Shown here: one piece after another, positions 39,179-50,348 of the stretch | How the letters are laid out: every line of letters begins with the position of its first letter | Position numbering within the stretch: position 1 is the stretch's first letter | Position numbers and translations under genes: made by a program | Assembly: GCA_028534125.1 (NCBI GenBank) | Contig: CM052818.1 | Coordinates: forward strand, 46,874,001-46,938,000 | Length of the DNA stretch: 64,000 bases | Direction of reading: 5' to 3' | Source of the DNA: Lama glama | Lineage: Eukaryota | Notes under the pieces: model-generated | What the model was told of the DNA's origin: nothing | The model's input: the letters and a program-made list of their open reading frames with translations, nothing else | The model's database searches: none

Positions 39179-39946
39179 ATATTTCTTTCATGTTGACTGG
39201 CCTCCCATTTAAAAAATCACCCACTCCTGGGAGAAATGGTTTAGGAGGATTTTGACTCTTGACAACCCCCCCCCCCGGAGGCGGGGAATTTTCCTCCCTG
39301 GATGTCACAGGTCACAGGGCTGTCATGTGGTAGGTGGAGACTGAGAGTAAGAGGCGGGACTGGATGCTCTCAGCTGGAGAGTCCACTGACCAAATTTACA
39401 AGGTGCCCAGTGCCTCCGGGCTGGGACAGGCAGGCAGCCAGCCATCCCACAGGCCCTGGCGCTAGCACACATTTGCATGGCTGCTTTAAATGGTAGAATC
39501 AATGTCAAATCCACCAAGAAGTCATAATGTGTGACCAGAATGAAAAATTGGAGTTAAACATTCAGAGCCATGCCTTTAGTTCATTCTCTGACCTTAGCAG
39601 TTAACATTAATTTCTTTCCTAAGTAAGTAATTTGAATGCAGCTCACCAGAGAACTTTTTTTTGTTTTCTAGTCTCTGTGGTTCCTTTTATGAAGCTTTTC
39701 TTTCTTTTTCCCCCCCCCACTAAGTGCTTAAAGAGGCACGACTTTGAGAAAATAGTCCTCTCTCTGGGATTCATCGCAGCCAAAGTCATCAGAAAAGGCG
39801 TCCAGCAAGGTACCAGGAATTCAGTAGCAAGCTACAGGGGGTAGTCTGCCTGGAATCAGGGAAGAGCCACGGTTTCCTGGTCTGAGAGTCTGGCCTGACG
39901 GCACCAGGAAATGTCACCACCATTCTGACCTGGAGGGTCTTGTCTG

Positions 39947-39987
39947 TCTTTGCTCAGCATCTTTGCTCAGCATCTTTGCTCAGCATC
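39947..39987 (+). repeat. Perfect 13-bp tandem triplication (TCTTTGCTCAGCA)x3
   Basis: Read directly: units at 39947, 39960, 39973. Confidence 0.95.
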
Positions 39988-40420
39988 CAAACCGGCAGCG
40001 AGGTACCCTGACCCGGCCCCCGCCAGCTCCACCTCCGGAGCGCCCTCCGCGTGGTACGCGGCACCCGGAAGTCTGTGCCCTGCCGCCTGGTTTCTGAACG
40101 GCCTTCCGGGTCCACGCGGGCCTTCTCCTTGGCCCCTCCCTGTAGTTTACTCATTGACTTTGAACACTTCCAGGGCCTCTTCCTTAAGGAAACTCTGCCC
40201 TCAGTGGAGACCACGCTTCTCATCACTGATGTCGCTCGCGGTGGGTCGCTCTTCCCCGCCGGCTCCTCGTTCTCCTGAGCCCTCTTGGGCACGGCTGTCC
40301 TATTTGCTTCCTTGCTCCACATTTCCTCCCCCAGGATTTCCTCCCCGAGCCTGTTTCCGTTCTTATTTCTATGCAATCAATACTCTTCTCCCTCTCGATT
40401 CTGGCCCTCGACCTCACCTT

Positions 40421-40530
40421 TCTTTTCTCTTTCGCTCTCTTTTTTTAAATAGAGGTACCGGGGATTGAACCCAGGACCTCATCGTGCATGCTGAGCATGC
40501 GCTCTACCACTGAGCTGTACCTTCCCTCCT
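40421..40530 (-). mobile_element. tRNA-derived camelid SINE (vic-1-like, short)
   Basis: 'gaggtaccggggattgaacccaggacctc...gcatgctgagcatgcgctctaccactgagctgtaccttccc'; approximate TSD cctcac(c)tttct. Confidence 0.85.
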
Positions 40531-41473
40531 CTGCCTCACTTTCTATTTCCCACTGGACTTTCCCCTCTAGACACCCTGCCGGCCCTCCATCCTTCCCTGT
40601 ATCACAAGCTCCTAATCCGCCCTCATGTCATAAAATGCCAATGCTGATGGCTGCTCCCTGTCACCTTGCCTCGCCTCTGTCTCTCTCCCTCCTTGTCTCT
40701 ACTTGCTGTCTCACTAGCACAGCCTTAGCCCTTTGCAAGGGCTTCAACGCTGGTCCCCCTACTTCTATTTCAGCCCTCCACTCTGTCCCATCTGCTGCAA
40801 CTTTCGTGGGGCCTCCCTGAAAGAGCAGCCCTCTTCCCTGCCTGACTTCTGAACATGTTAAAGACAAGACAGTAAAATAAGACGGAGGCTGTGTTGGAGG
40901 ATACGGCTTTGCATGTGTGGCCTAAGCGGCGTTTCTGGAATGACCTCAGTTTAGGCCAGTGTAGCCATCCAGCCCTTGCAGCACTAGCCTGGGGCTGGCA
41001 ACCCCAGGTCTGACTAATGGCCCAAAGCAGCAGCGGAGACGCATGTTCTCAAACAGAGAAGAAAAAGTAGGGTGGAGCTGAACCAAACTCATCCAGTTGT
41101 GCTTCTGAAACACCAACCAGGCAGGCATCTTGTGCCCAGGCAGAGAGAGGCTCCTGCGGGAGGCACCTTAGGAGAACAGACTGTGTAAGCGCTGATTCCC
41201 TTGGTCTCCTGCTCAGGTACCTTCAAGCCCTCAATTTTTCCATCCCAGTTTTATTCTATAAAACTCTGTTCTGTCTAGATTGGTCAGCATTCAATAAACT
41301 TGACCTCAAGTGTTCCTTCTTCAGGTATGTTACATTGGAGTCACAGAAAGTCTTCAGAGACTTCAAGGACAAGTTCAACTGCCATAGCAATCCCTGCAGG
41401 GGCCACCACCGCAGCCACAGCATCTGCATGACAACTCGGTGTGACGCTTTCCACACGCTGCCTCATTTATTCC

Positions 41474-41915
41474 CCAGTGTCAGAAAATCTAACCCAAACT
41501 GACTTAAACAGGGAATTTACTGGGCCACGTAACTAAGTAGTTTCTCAGACCTAGTTCCTCTCTCCAGGCTTAAAGCTCACCGCAAGGGGTGTCTCTGCAT
41601 TGCTCTCCTTAGTGGTCCATTTTCAGGTCCCCAGGAGTCACAAGGTAGTTCACAGGCATGACAACCCCATGCCCTCTCTCCTCATCTTGAGAGGGTGAGC
41701 AAGTCAGCTTTCTGCGTGATCAAACACCAGCCCTGGCTTTATCAGATTGACCCTAATTGGCCTGACCTGGGCCACACGCCCATCCCCAGCCCTGCTTGGG
41801 AGATGGAAGTACTGATTAGCTTAGCCCCAGACCCCCGAACCCTTGGTCAGTGACTCACAGGAGAGAGGTTGTTCCTCCAAAGTGGACCAAGGCCCTTGTG
41901 CTGTAAGAAGTTTGT
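41474..41915 (-). mobile_element. MLT1J/K-like MaLR LTR
   Basis: 'cagaaaatctaacccaaactgacttaaacagggaatttactgggccacgtaact...attggcctgacctgggccacacgcccatcccc...ctgattagcttag'. Confidence 0.55.
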
Positions 41916-42015
41916 CCTGGGGGAGGTAATACCCACCCTCCCGGACTTCGGGCTCCTCACGCCCCCATACACGTGAACCATCATTAAAATACCAAGTCTC
42001 AAAATAAAATAACAG

Positions 42016-42343
42016 GACACTGTGAACTCATCTACAAACAGAAATAGACTCACAGACATAGTAAACAATCTTATGTTTACAATCTTATGGTTACCAGGGA
42101 AAGGGAGCGGGAAGCGATATATTTGGGAGTTTGAAATTTACAAATGTTAGCCACTATATATAAAAATAGAGTTTAAAAAGTTTCTGCTGTATAGTACAGA
42201 GAACTATGTTCAATATCTTGTAATAACCTTCAATGAAAAAGAATATGAAAATGAATATATGTATGTATATGCATGACTGGGACACAGTGCTGCATACCAG
42301 AAATTGTTGCATTGTAATTGACTGTACTTTAATTAAAAAAAAA
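42016..42343 (+). mobile_element. Camelid-type L1 3' UTR end
   Basis: Near reverse-complement match to 9240-9560 ('gaactcatctacaaacagaaatagactcacaga...tgcatgactgggacac...aattgactgtactttaattaaaaaaaa'). Confidence 0.9.
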
Positions 42344-44414
42344 TGCTGATTCTCATTTAGGGGACTCCTTAGAATGCAGATTCTCATCCAGAGGCCTTGG
42401 GTGGAGCCCGAGGTTCAGAGTCTGTACCCAGCTTGTAGGTGTTGCCCACAACCCCAACCACACCGGGAGGTGAAGGGCATTGCTGTGGCTAAGGTCACAG
42501 AGTTAGTGGATGACAGAGCCACACTTGAGTCCTTGCTGGACTGATTCCACAGTTGGGTGCCTTCCGCCACTGCCTCCCTCTCTGTCTACACGGCCTGATC
42601 ACCCCCAGTGGGTGAGAATCCTCCTCTCTTCTGAGCCCCATCGGCATTTCCTACTGCTGTCATGGTCCTGGTGTTCCATCTCTGATGCTAGTTGTTTGGG
42701 TAGGTGGTACAATGCAAGTTGCCATTGTTCACTGTTTCCCCCTTGAACTTCTCACCTAGAATCCTAGGAAGGTAGTCAGTGGGCTGGAATGTGGCTTTAA
42801 TGTGGTCAGGGTAGAATTCCTTCCCCAATACTGATGGTGGAGTATTGTCTGGTCACAAAAGGACTGCCATGGAGACTGACCTTTAGTGGAAAGATCCAGT
42901 TAACCAATCAGCAAGGATGTTTGAGCCCCTCCTCGTGTTCAGTCCACACCTGCTTCTCCTGGGAAGGACCCAGAAAAAGTAAAAGACATAAAGCTGTGGG
43001 CCCTGCGCACCACCATCTCCATCAGGAGGCCAGAATAACCCGCTTGAAGTCAGGGTGAACGAGACAAGACGGCCTTGTAATTAAATGCCTATTTGAAAGA
43101 CTAGAAGTGATGCTGGAGTCAGAGATTGGGAAGAGCCAGAGTTGGCCAGGAAGCCTTTGTGCAGAAGGTGGGGACCTCGGTTAAGTTCTGAAAGACAGGC
43201 CAAATTTGGAGGGAAGCAGAGGGCATCTTAGGCCAGGGAAGCAAATAGCTCAGAACTGTCCCTTCTTCGGGGCTAAGAGACAGAACATCTCTGTCGCGGT
43301 GTTTGTATTGGGTGCTCTGACGTCACGGTAGGTAACTTCCACTGCTGCCAAAAGTGACTTGATATTTGTTTAGACTTTAAAATAAATTGGCCTATGACAT
43401 CAGGTGTAAGGAATCTCATTTGGACAGTGACTCGCTTTGAAGGGTCAAGTTCTTCTGCAGCTTAAAAAAAAAAGGCTAATTCAGTGAATCAAAATGAAAT
43501 TGAAAACTGAAAATTAATTTAATGTTTTACTTCAATGAAATCTAAAAGCCTGGGAACCACAGACCTTGGAATGTAGGGGCGAAAGGACAGTGAGGAAATG
43601 GGACAGTGAGAGGTAGCTTTGTTTACGCTTTGATTCATTTATTCATGCCCCTGAGGAAGTATCACAGAGCCCACAGGGCTTTTTTTATATTAGTTAGTAT
43701 CTGCAAATCTTGAACTCCCAGTTTATGAGCCCACAGTTTTTAATTTCAGCCACTGCAGGCTTTTGAGGAGATTTGGGGGAAAATTGTTCTCTGGGGGTGA
43801 CCATGGAGGCTGGGTGGGTGTTGGCTTGGAGGAAGCCAGGACACTCGCTGTCTTGTGGAATCCACCTGCAGACCCCGTTATGTTGCTCGGGATGGGCTGT
43901 CTCTCAGGGGAGGGTCCCTCAGGGATGAAGAAGGAGTAAGGAGGCTGCAGAGAATCAGGAATCAAAACAAATCCATTAGCCCGTAGGGACATTTCAACGG
44001 AAGAAGGGTAAGGAAGAGTCACACCCGATGCTCTCCAAGTACCTGTGGGTCCAACAGGAAGTGTTCACGGGGCACTGCGCACGGGCCAGGCGCTGTGCTG
44101 GTTATATATCCCAGCCTACTGAATAATGGTGCCTATTCCACCAACGTGAGGTGTGTTTTAAAGACCACATGAAATCACGAAGTGGTCCAAAGTCATTCTT
44201 CTTTCTGGTGTTTTAGGCAACCTGTAGTTGACAAGGATCCTTGGGTAGATTTGTAGTGTCAGATGTAGACATATGTGTACATGGGTGGCAAGTAGTGGGA
44301 AGAAACTTGCATGACCAGGATGGAGGTGATGTGACATTTCTAGGGTGGAATGAACCAATGCAATTGCAAGAGCCAAATAGAAGTTTGGGGACCCATTGGC
44401 TTCCCTCCCCCCAC

Positions 44415-44750
44415 TTTTATTGATAAATAATTGGCACCCATCTCTGTGTTAAGGTTAAGGCATACAGCACGATGGTTTGATTTACACCTATTGTGAAATG
44501 ATCACCGCAAAAGGTTCAGCTGGCATCCATCTTCTCATATAGAGACAATAAAAAGAAAAGAAAGAAGAAAAGAAAAAAGAAAAAAAATTCTCCTTGTGAT
44601 GAGAACTTTCAGGATTTGCTCTCTTAACTTTCATAAGGATCGTACAGTAGTGTTAGCTGTGGTCCTTGTGTTGTACATGACATCCTAGGACTTATTTATC
44701 TTATAACTGGAAGTTTGTACCTTTTGACCCCCTTTCTCCAGCTCCTCCAC
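44415..44750 (-). mobile_element. L1MA9-like 3' end
   Basis: 'ttttattgataaataattggca...attgtgaaatgatcacc...ccttgtgatgagaact...acttatttatcttataactggaagtttgtaccttttgacc'. Confidence 0.8.
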
Positions 44751-45920
44751 TGGCTTTTGAAAATTCCACTTGTGGGGCTGATACGGTCTGTGCCACTGAC
44801 CCCAGAGAGACGTACCCCATCACGAGATCCTTCCTGGTTAAGTCAGTGTGTCTGGCACCTGTGGCTTAGGGGTGAGGTGGGTGGGACTTAAGGTCAACAC
44901 TTGGAGGCCTGGGTTGGACTCCTGACCAACATTTCAGAGGCAGAACTCCGTGATGCCAACTTCCGGAAGCAGGTCTGGTCACAGAATGGCCCTGGGGCAG
45001 AGGCTGACGGGCTTGCAGGATGTGGAGCCTGGCTGCGCAGCTGTCTGCTTCCGGCTGGGCGGTGGTCTGAATGTGAACCAAGATTCCCGTCCTTCCTCCA
45101 TCCACTGGGTAAGTTAGTAACGGTGTGAGCAGGTAATAATCCTCACTGCAGAATGAAGTATGTCCTAAACACAAAACTGAGGACACCAGAGGAGTGGGCA
45201 GGCAGATAAACGGTGGGTCAGCCTTTACTAGGACTGGGCACCCAGTTTCCACCTGGAGTAACCAAACCATAGAAAGGAAACAATTCCTCCAGCCCTTCTC
45301 TTCCATCCACGTGCTTGCCTGTCATGTTGAAAATGCATTCATTCTCTCCACTGGAAATTAGGATTTTCAAGTAAGACACTAAAAATCAATAAGGAAATAA
45401 ATATTGCAGCCTTGAGGCTAGGCTCCCTGGGAGTTCAAGAAATAATATAGAAACCAGGCAGAAAATGCAAGGTGTTTCCCTGTGTCACCCAGCACTTAAT
45501 TTTCACGCTGATTATATAGTTATTGTTGAATGTTCTTTAACACCTGGAAAATTGACTTGACTTTGCTTGTTAAGAGAGCGTAGACTGTGGGGTGGGGTTG
45601 GGGGTGAGAATCACTCACAGGTCTTAAATGGGATTAAAACTGCCTGCTTAGATCAACAAGGAAGGTCATAAGAAAAAAAGAAATGGACCAGCAGAAAAGG
45701 CCTGGGGAAACCAATGAGATCCTAAATATAGCACAGGGGGTCATAAAGGACGGATATTTCCAGCAGGTAAAAACCAAGCCCATAAACCCAGGTAGGCAGC
45801 ACCTGTTTTCTTAGCTGCCCTTTAAAGAACGCTGTCACGAGTTTCTGGGTTCCCCACACCTCCAGCTGCGGAAGGAGGTCGTTCTCTGGGAAGATTCTGT
45901 TTGCAGCCGCTTCCGTGCCG

Positions 45921-45960
45921 CCCCTAACGCCCGGCTGGGGCTTTCCCTTTTCTTTCGCAG
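45921..45960 (+). other. Candidate 3' splice site (branch point, polypyrimidine tract, CAG)
   Basis: CCCTAAC branch consensus at ~45922-45928, ctttcccttttctttcg tract, CAG at 45958-45960. Confidence 0.45.
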
Positions 45961-45965
45961 GGTGG

Positions 45966-45974
45966 GCTTACCTG
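45966..45974 (-). other. Candidate 5' splice donor CAG|GTAAGC on the minus strand
   Basis: Plus-strand 'gcttacctg' reads CAGGTAAGC in reverse; lies about 200 bp left of the CpG island. Confidence 0.45.
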
Positions 45975-46169
45975 CCGTGGGGAGGGCGGCCCTTGAAACC
46001 TGGCTTGGGATGTGTGATCGAGCTATTTTCCGTGATTTATTGAAGACACTTACATACGTATATGAGACCCTAGTCATTTCTCAGCACCCCTTTCTGCATG
46101 GACTGTGTACACACACGCACACACACAGACACACATGTTCAGTAAAGTCAGTAAAGAAAGACTTGAGGA

Positions 46170-47060
46170 GGCTTGGCTGCGCGGAGAGCTACCAGGCGGG
46201 CTCAGCGTCCCCGCTCCCTGCATCCGGGCTGGGAATCCGGCAGCAGCCGCAGCCGCCGGGCTCCGGAGGGCGGGGGCTGGAGGGGGGAGGCGGGGAGGCA
46301 GAGCCGGGTGCAGCCGGCGAAGCCGCGGCGCTTTGGGGAGAACGGGGTGGAGAGACGGGCGCGCGCCCTGCTGCCTCGCAGGTGCTGCAGGCGCGGGGCG
46401 TGGGTGCAGGCTGCGGACGGGCGCCGCTGCCGTCCCGCCCCCTCCCCGACTCCGCGCCGCCGCCATCCCGAGCCTGGGCGCGCGCGCCACCCCCCGCCTC
46501 CCCCACGCCCCCCGCCTCCACGCCCCGACCCCCGCCGCCCCCGACCCAGCGGGAGCAGGGCGGAGCATCCCTGCCATCCCGGCGAGTGACACAGGTGGCC
46601 CGGGCTAAGCGCCCTATCCGTCCCAAGCCCGCCCTCAAAGGACCAGTGGGGGCTGAGTTCGAAACCTCGCCGGCCGCGGGGACTCAGTTTCCCTTCTGGA
46701 GGGGCCGGGGACGCCAGCGCCCCTACGCTCGTGGTCGGTGAGGCTGCGGCTGGGCCCGGCCCTGCGTCCTACCGCCCCTTCGGGTGCCCAGGTGCCCAGG
46801 TGCTTGGCGCGGGCATCAGCGGCTGAATTCTGGCCCACCCTCTGCCTTATTCCCAGCGGCTCTAATCAAGTCCGCAAAACATCTCCTGTGATACGAGTTT
46901 TTAAGGGCCCTCATCGCCGCTTGGCCCACGGGGTCACCTTGCCCACCTCAAAATGAGCAACGAAATAGCCCTGATCAAACGGTGCTCAGCTGGGTTTGTG
47001 AACCGAGAGGTTGAGGCTTCCTCAAGGCAGCCGATGCGCCGCCCGCCAGAGTCTGCTCGG
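46170..47060. promoter_or_regulatory. CpG island, probable promoter/first exon of an unidentified gene
   Basis: Very GC-rich with dense CpG, several GC-boxes (GGGCGG/CCGCCC) and GCGCGC runs, sharply different from the flanks. No recognisable protein sequence in any frame. Confidence 0.88.
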
Positions 47061-48689
47061 CTGGTTTGGGGAGATCATAGCATCTCTAAGATGCTCTACT
47101 TCACCGACAAAGCCAGCTCTCTCCATGGGCCCCTCCTGACGCTCCTGCTGTGAGCGAGGATGCAGAGCCCGGTGGTGGGCTGGTAGGAGCAGTGTGCGTG
47201 CCTGTGGGAGGGGGCGGGGGGGAGACGGGGTTTTGCCTGAATGCTGCCAACTTGCCTGTCCTGGGAGCCTTTGAAGGGCTTTAGGGGGGAGCCGGGCGGT
47301 TGAGTTTCAGAGACTAGACTGCTTTCATTTTCTTGGTTGCCTTCATCAAGATACCACATGCTTTGACACTTCCTGCCCAGAAACCTTTGAACCATATTCA
47401 TTTTTGCTGATTGTGTGCTGCACTCTGGAAAAGCAGGTTTTAAAAGTCCCTTGGGTTGCCCAGCGCTGTGCCAAACTATGGACAGGTGGACAGGGTGGAG
47501 GCGGCCTCACCCTGCTCTGTGGAGGCCAGAGGGTCAGCGATTCGGGGAGTGGCGTCTTGGGCCTAGAGAGACCTTTCAGACGTCATGATTCCATCCTGGT
47601 GCCATCTTACCGGGCAGGAAGGACCTGACCTAGTTTTAAAGAAGTCAGGAAGAATGCCCTGGGTCCCCCCAGACAGGCGCTGTTGTCGGCATTAGTCAGC
47701 CGCCCTCTGACTTTCAGCGCCAAGCCCGCTGTTGTGACTAAGTGTCTCACCACTGTGGCCAGTGCCATGAGAGCCTGCCATGGAGCTTGTCAGTTCTGCT
47801 GTTTAGTATCTGGGTCAAGATGGAAAAAAACTGTTCTTCTGTTCAAAGGTTTCTTCCAAGTCATTTGTGAAGGCACACTTTTCAGTGTTCAATGAAATAA
47901 TAAACTCCTGCTGATGATGGAAGCTGGGGAAATTTCCGCCCCGCGGAGGATGCTCCTGGCTCCACAACTTTCCATGCACACATCTGCTCTGATCGCGGGT
48001 GCATCAGCTCCACGTCTTTCCTGGTTACTGTCTTTGTGTGTTTCCAGCCTGGCGGTGGCGGCAGAGCTGGGCCTCCTTCCCTCCTAGTGTCTTCCCTGGG
48101 TCTGCATGAATGTGGTTTCACTGAGGGGAGCTTGCCCCATGTGCTGCTCCCTGCAGTGTGGCGGAGGCAATCTGGGTGCCCAGAACCCAGCCAGTGGCTC
48201 CTTTTTCCTATGCTTTGGCCTGACTGCGGGTGGCCTCTGCTGCCGGGATGCCTAAGCAGGATGCGTCCAGAGGACCTCCTGTAAAGTGGTGCTGGGATCC
48301 TGGGGGCCACACCTGCACATGACCCAGAGAGTGACAGAAGAGCCGTTGACTCCTGTGGTCTCTGGGAAGAAAGTGGCCTTCTTCCCCCTGCTGTAGTCCC
48401 AGTTGCTCAGTACGATGAAGCATTACCACACTGGGCGTTTCGAGATTGGGCGCCATATTGAATGGATGAAAGATGGAACAAGTCTGGTGTGTGACTGAGC
48501 CGCTGGGTGGAGGCGGTTGGATGCTACTGCCTCAGAAAGGATTGTGGCTTTTGAGAGGTTGCTTAGAATGTACAGAATGATGGTTGTGCTTCTAGAAATC
48601 CTCTTCCCTTACTTTAAAACTCTTTTGTCTTCTGTTCAGCATCCAGAGCTATCTAGTTCCACTTCTCGAACATCTGTGTTTAAGGGTGT

Positions 48690-48912
48690 TCACTGGGGAG
48701 CTGGGCAGTCTGGGTTGGAGCTCAGGCCTTGCCAGTTATGAGTTGTGTGACTTAAGTGTCTTTGTGCCTTAGTTTTCTCATTGGTCAATCGGGGATAATA
48801 ATAGTATGAACTTGTACACAGGGTTGTGCGGATTAAATGAGTTAGTATAAGTGAATGGTTTGGAATGGAGCCTGGTCGCCTAAGTACTATGTAAGTGAGG
48901 GCTTAGTTATGA
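48690..48912 (+). mobile_element. MIR SINE
   Basis: 'gagttgtgtgactt...tgtgccttagttttctcatt...ggggataataatagta...agggttgtgcggattaaatgagttagtata'. Confidence 0.75.
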
Positions 48913-50138
48913 TTTTATTCTTGTGTTGTTTGGCTAAGCTGTTGATCTTAATCCAGCTCTTGGTGTGTGACTTGGAATTTTCTTGTTTAAACAGAGAGAG
49001 AGAGAAGGAAAAATATAATTGACCTATTTCCCTATCAGACCAAATGGAAACCATTAGCTAATGTACGTTCCTGGATTCTCAGTTACTTAGTGGATTCCTA
49101 CTGGAATAACTGCGTTAACTTCTTGTGAGTTTTTAGGTCTTTAGACAGTTTGGAATGGTGGGGCTTGAGTAGAGTTCTGGAGAACTGGATCTGAACGTTG
49201 GTACCATGGCCAGGGCTCTGTGGAGGGGGACCTCCTCCAGGAGGAGCTGGTCTGGGCATAATCGGTGTTAGCACCAAGTTTATGTAAAATGCAGTTTCAG
49301 GAGATTACTGGTCAGAACTATCCCTGGGTCTTATGAATATAAAAAATGAGGAAGTTTGGTGTTTTGTCAGTTTGATGACTCAGTATCTGAAAATAGCGCA
49401 CCTTGTCAGAGCACACCGTGGAATACCCAGATGGCGCCAAGGGCTGGGCAGAGGGTTGCTGTCTGTTTCTGACCAGTGTGGGTGCTGGGCAGCACATCAG
49501 GCTGGGGCACATCCAGCAGGATGCGCACGGGGGCCCCAGGAGGCTGTGCCTGTTCTCACTCGCAATGCCGTTCCGTGGCTGGGTACATTCTCCCGGGCGG
49601 TTCCTGCTGATGTGCTCCGAGATTCTTTCTCCCCCAGGAAGCCCTTTCTGGCACTAATTCTGAGTGGAGGGGTCTAGGGAGTGGGCTCGGGGAGCCTGCA
49701 TTTTTAATCCCGGGTGAGAATCGCTGGAGCCAGTGCTGACTCAAGGTTGGTGATGGAAACCCCTGGTTTGCACCAAGTACGTGATGTGCCGTAACTCAGA
49801 GCAGTTGTGCTTCGGGCTCAGTCCTGCTTAAGACAGAGCGGTTTGAGTTGTTTTCCTAGAAATGGTAACAGGCTTGCCCTGAGTCATTCATACCCTTGCC
49901 AGATCGCTTTCGTTAGCAATCATTCACATTTCCTAGATCATCTTCTACGTGTGGGCTTCTTCAAACATGACTTCCATCACGTGGCCTGTGCAGTGACCAA
50001 AATTATGACCTGGTGTCTCCTCGCTAGCACCATGCCAGCTGGGAAACTCAGAAGGTTGCCAGCTAGGAGTTTCACCATCTTAAGAAGGATATTAGTGATG
50101 ACAGAGAAGAGAAAGGTTTAAATAATGGCTGCTATTTA

Positions 50139-50348
50139 TTTATTTTTATTTTTGTTGAAGTATAGTTGATTTACAATGCTGTGCTAGTTTCAGGTGTACA
50201 GCACAGTGATTCAGTTATCCATCTATATTATTTTTTCAGGTTCTTTCCCAGTATACATGGTAACAAGATATTGAATAGAGTTTGCTGTGCTGTACAGTAA
50301 GTAGGTCCTTGTTGTTAACCTGTTTTGTATACTGTAGTGAGTATCTGC
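50139..50348 (-). mobile_element. 5'-truncated artiodactyl-type L1 3' end
   Basis: 'ttgaagtatagttgatttacaatg...ttcaggtgtacagcacagtgattcagttat...'; 16-bp TSD taatgg(t/c)gct(a/g)ttta-type match at 50123-50138 and 50349-50364 (2 mismatches). Confidence 0.88.

Noticed and set aside
45962..46741. 259-aa plus-strand ORF and overlapping 138-172 aa ORFs in several frames
   Set aside because: Non-ATG start, low-complexity Ala/Gly/Pro/Arg content and open frames on both strands are expected in stop-poor CpG islands; no recognisable domain.
49424..49438. CTCF-like motif ACCCAGATGGCGCC (similar partial matches near 29536 and 47698)
   Set aside because: Several mismatches in the 5' core; cannot be supported without PWM scoring or ChIP data.
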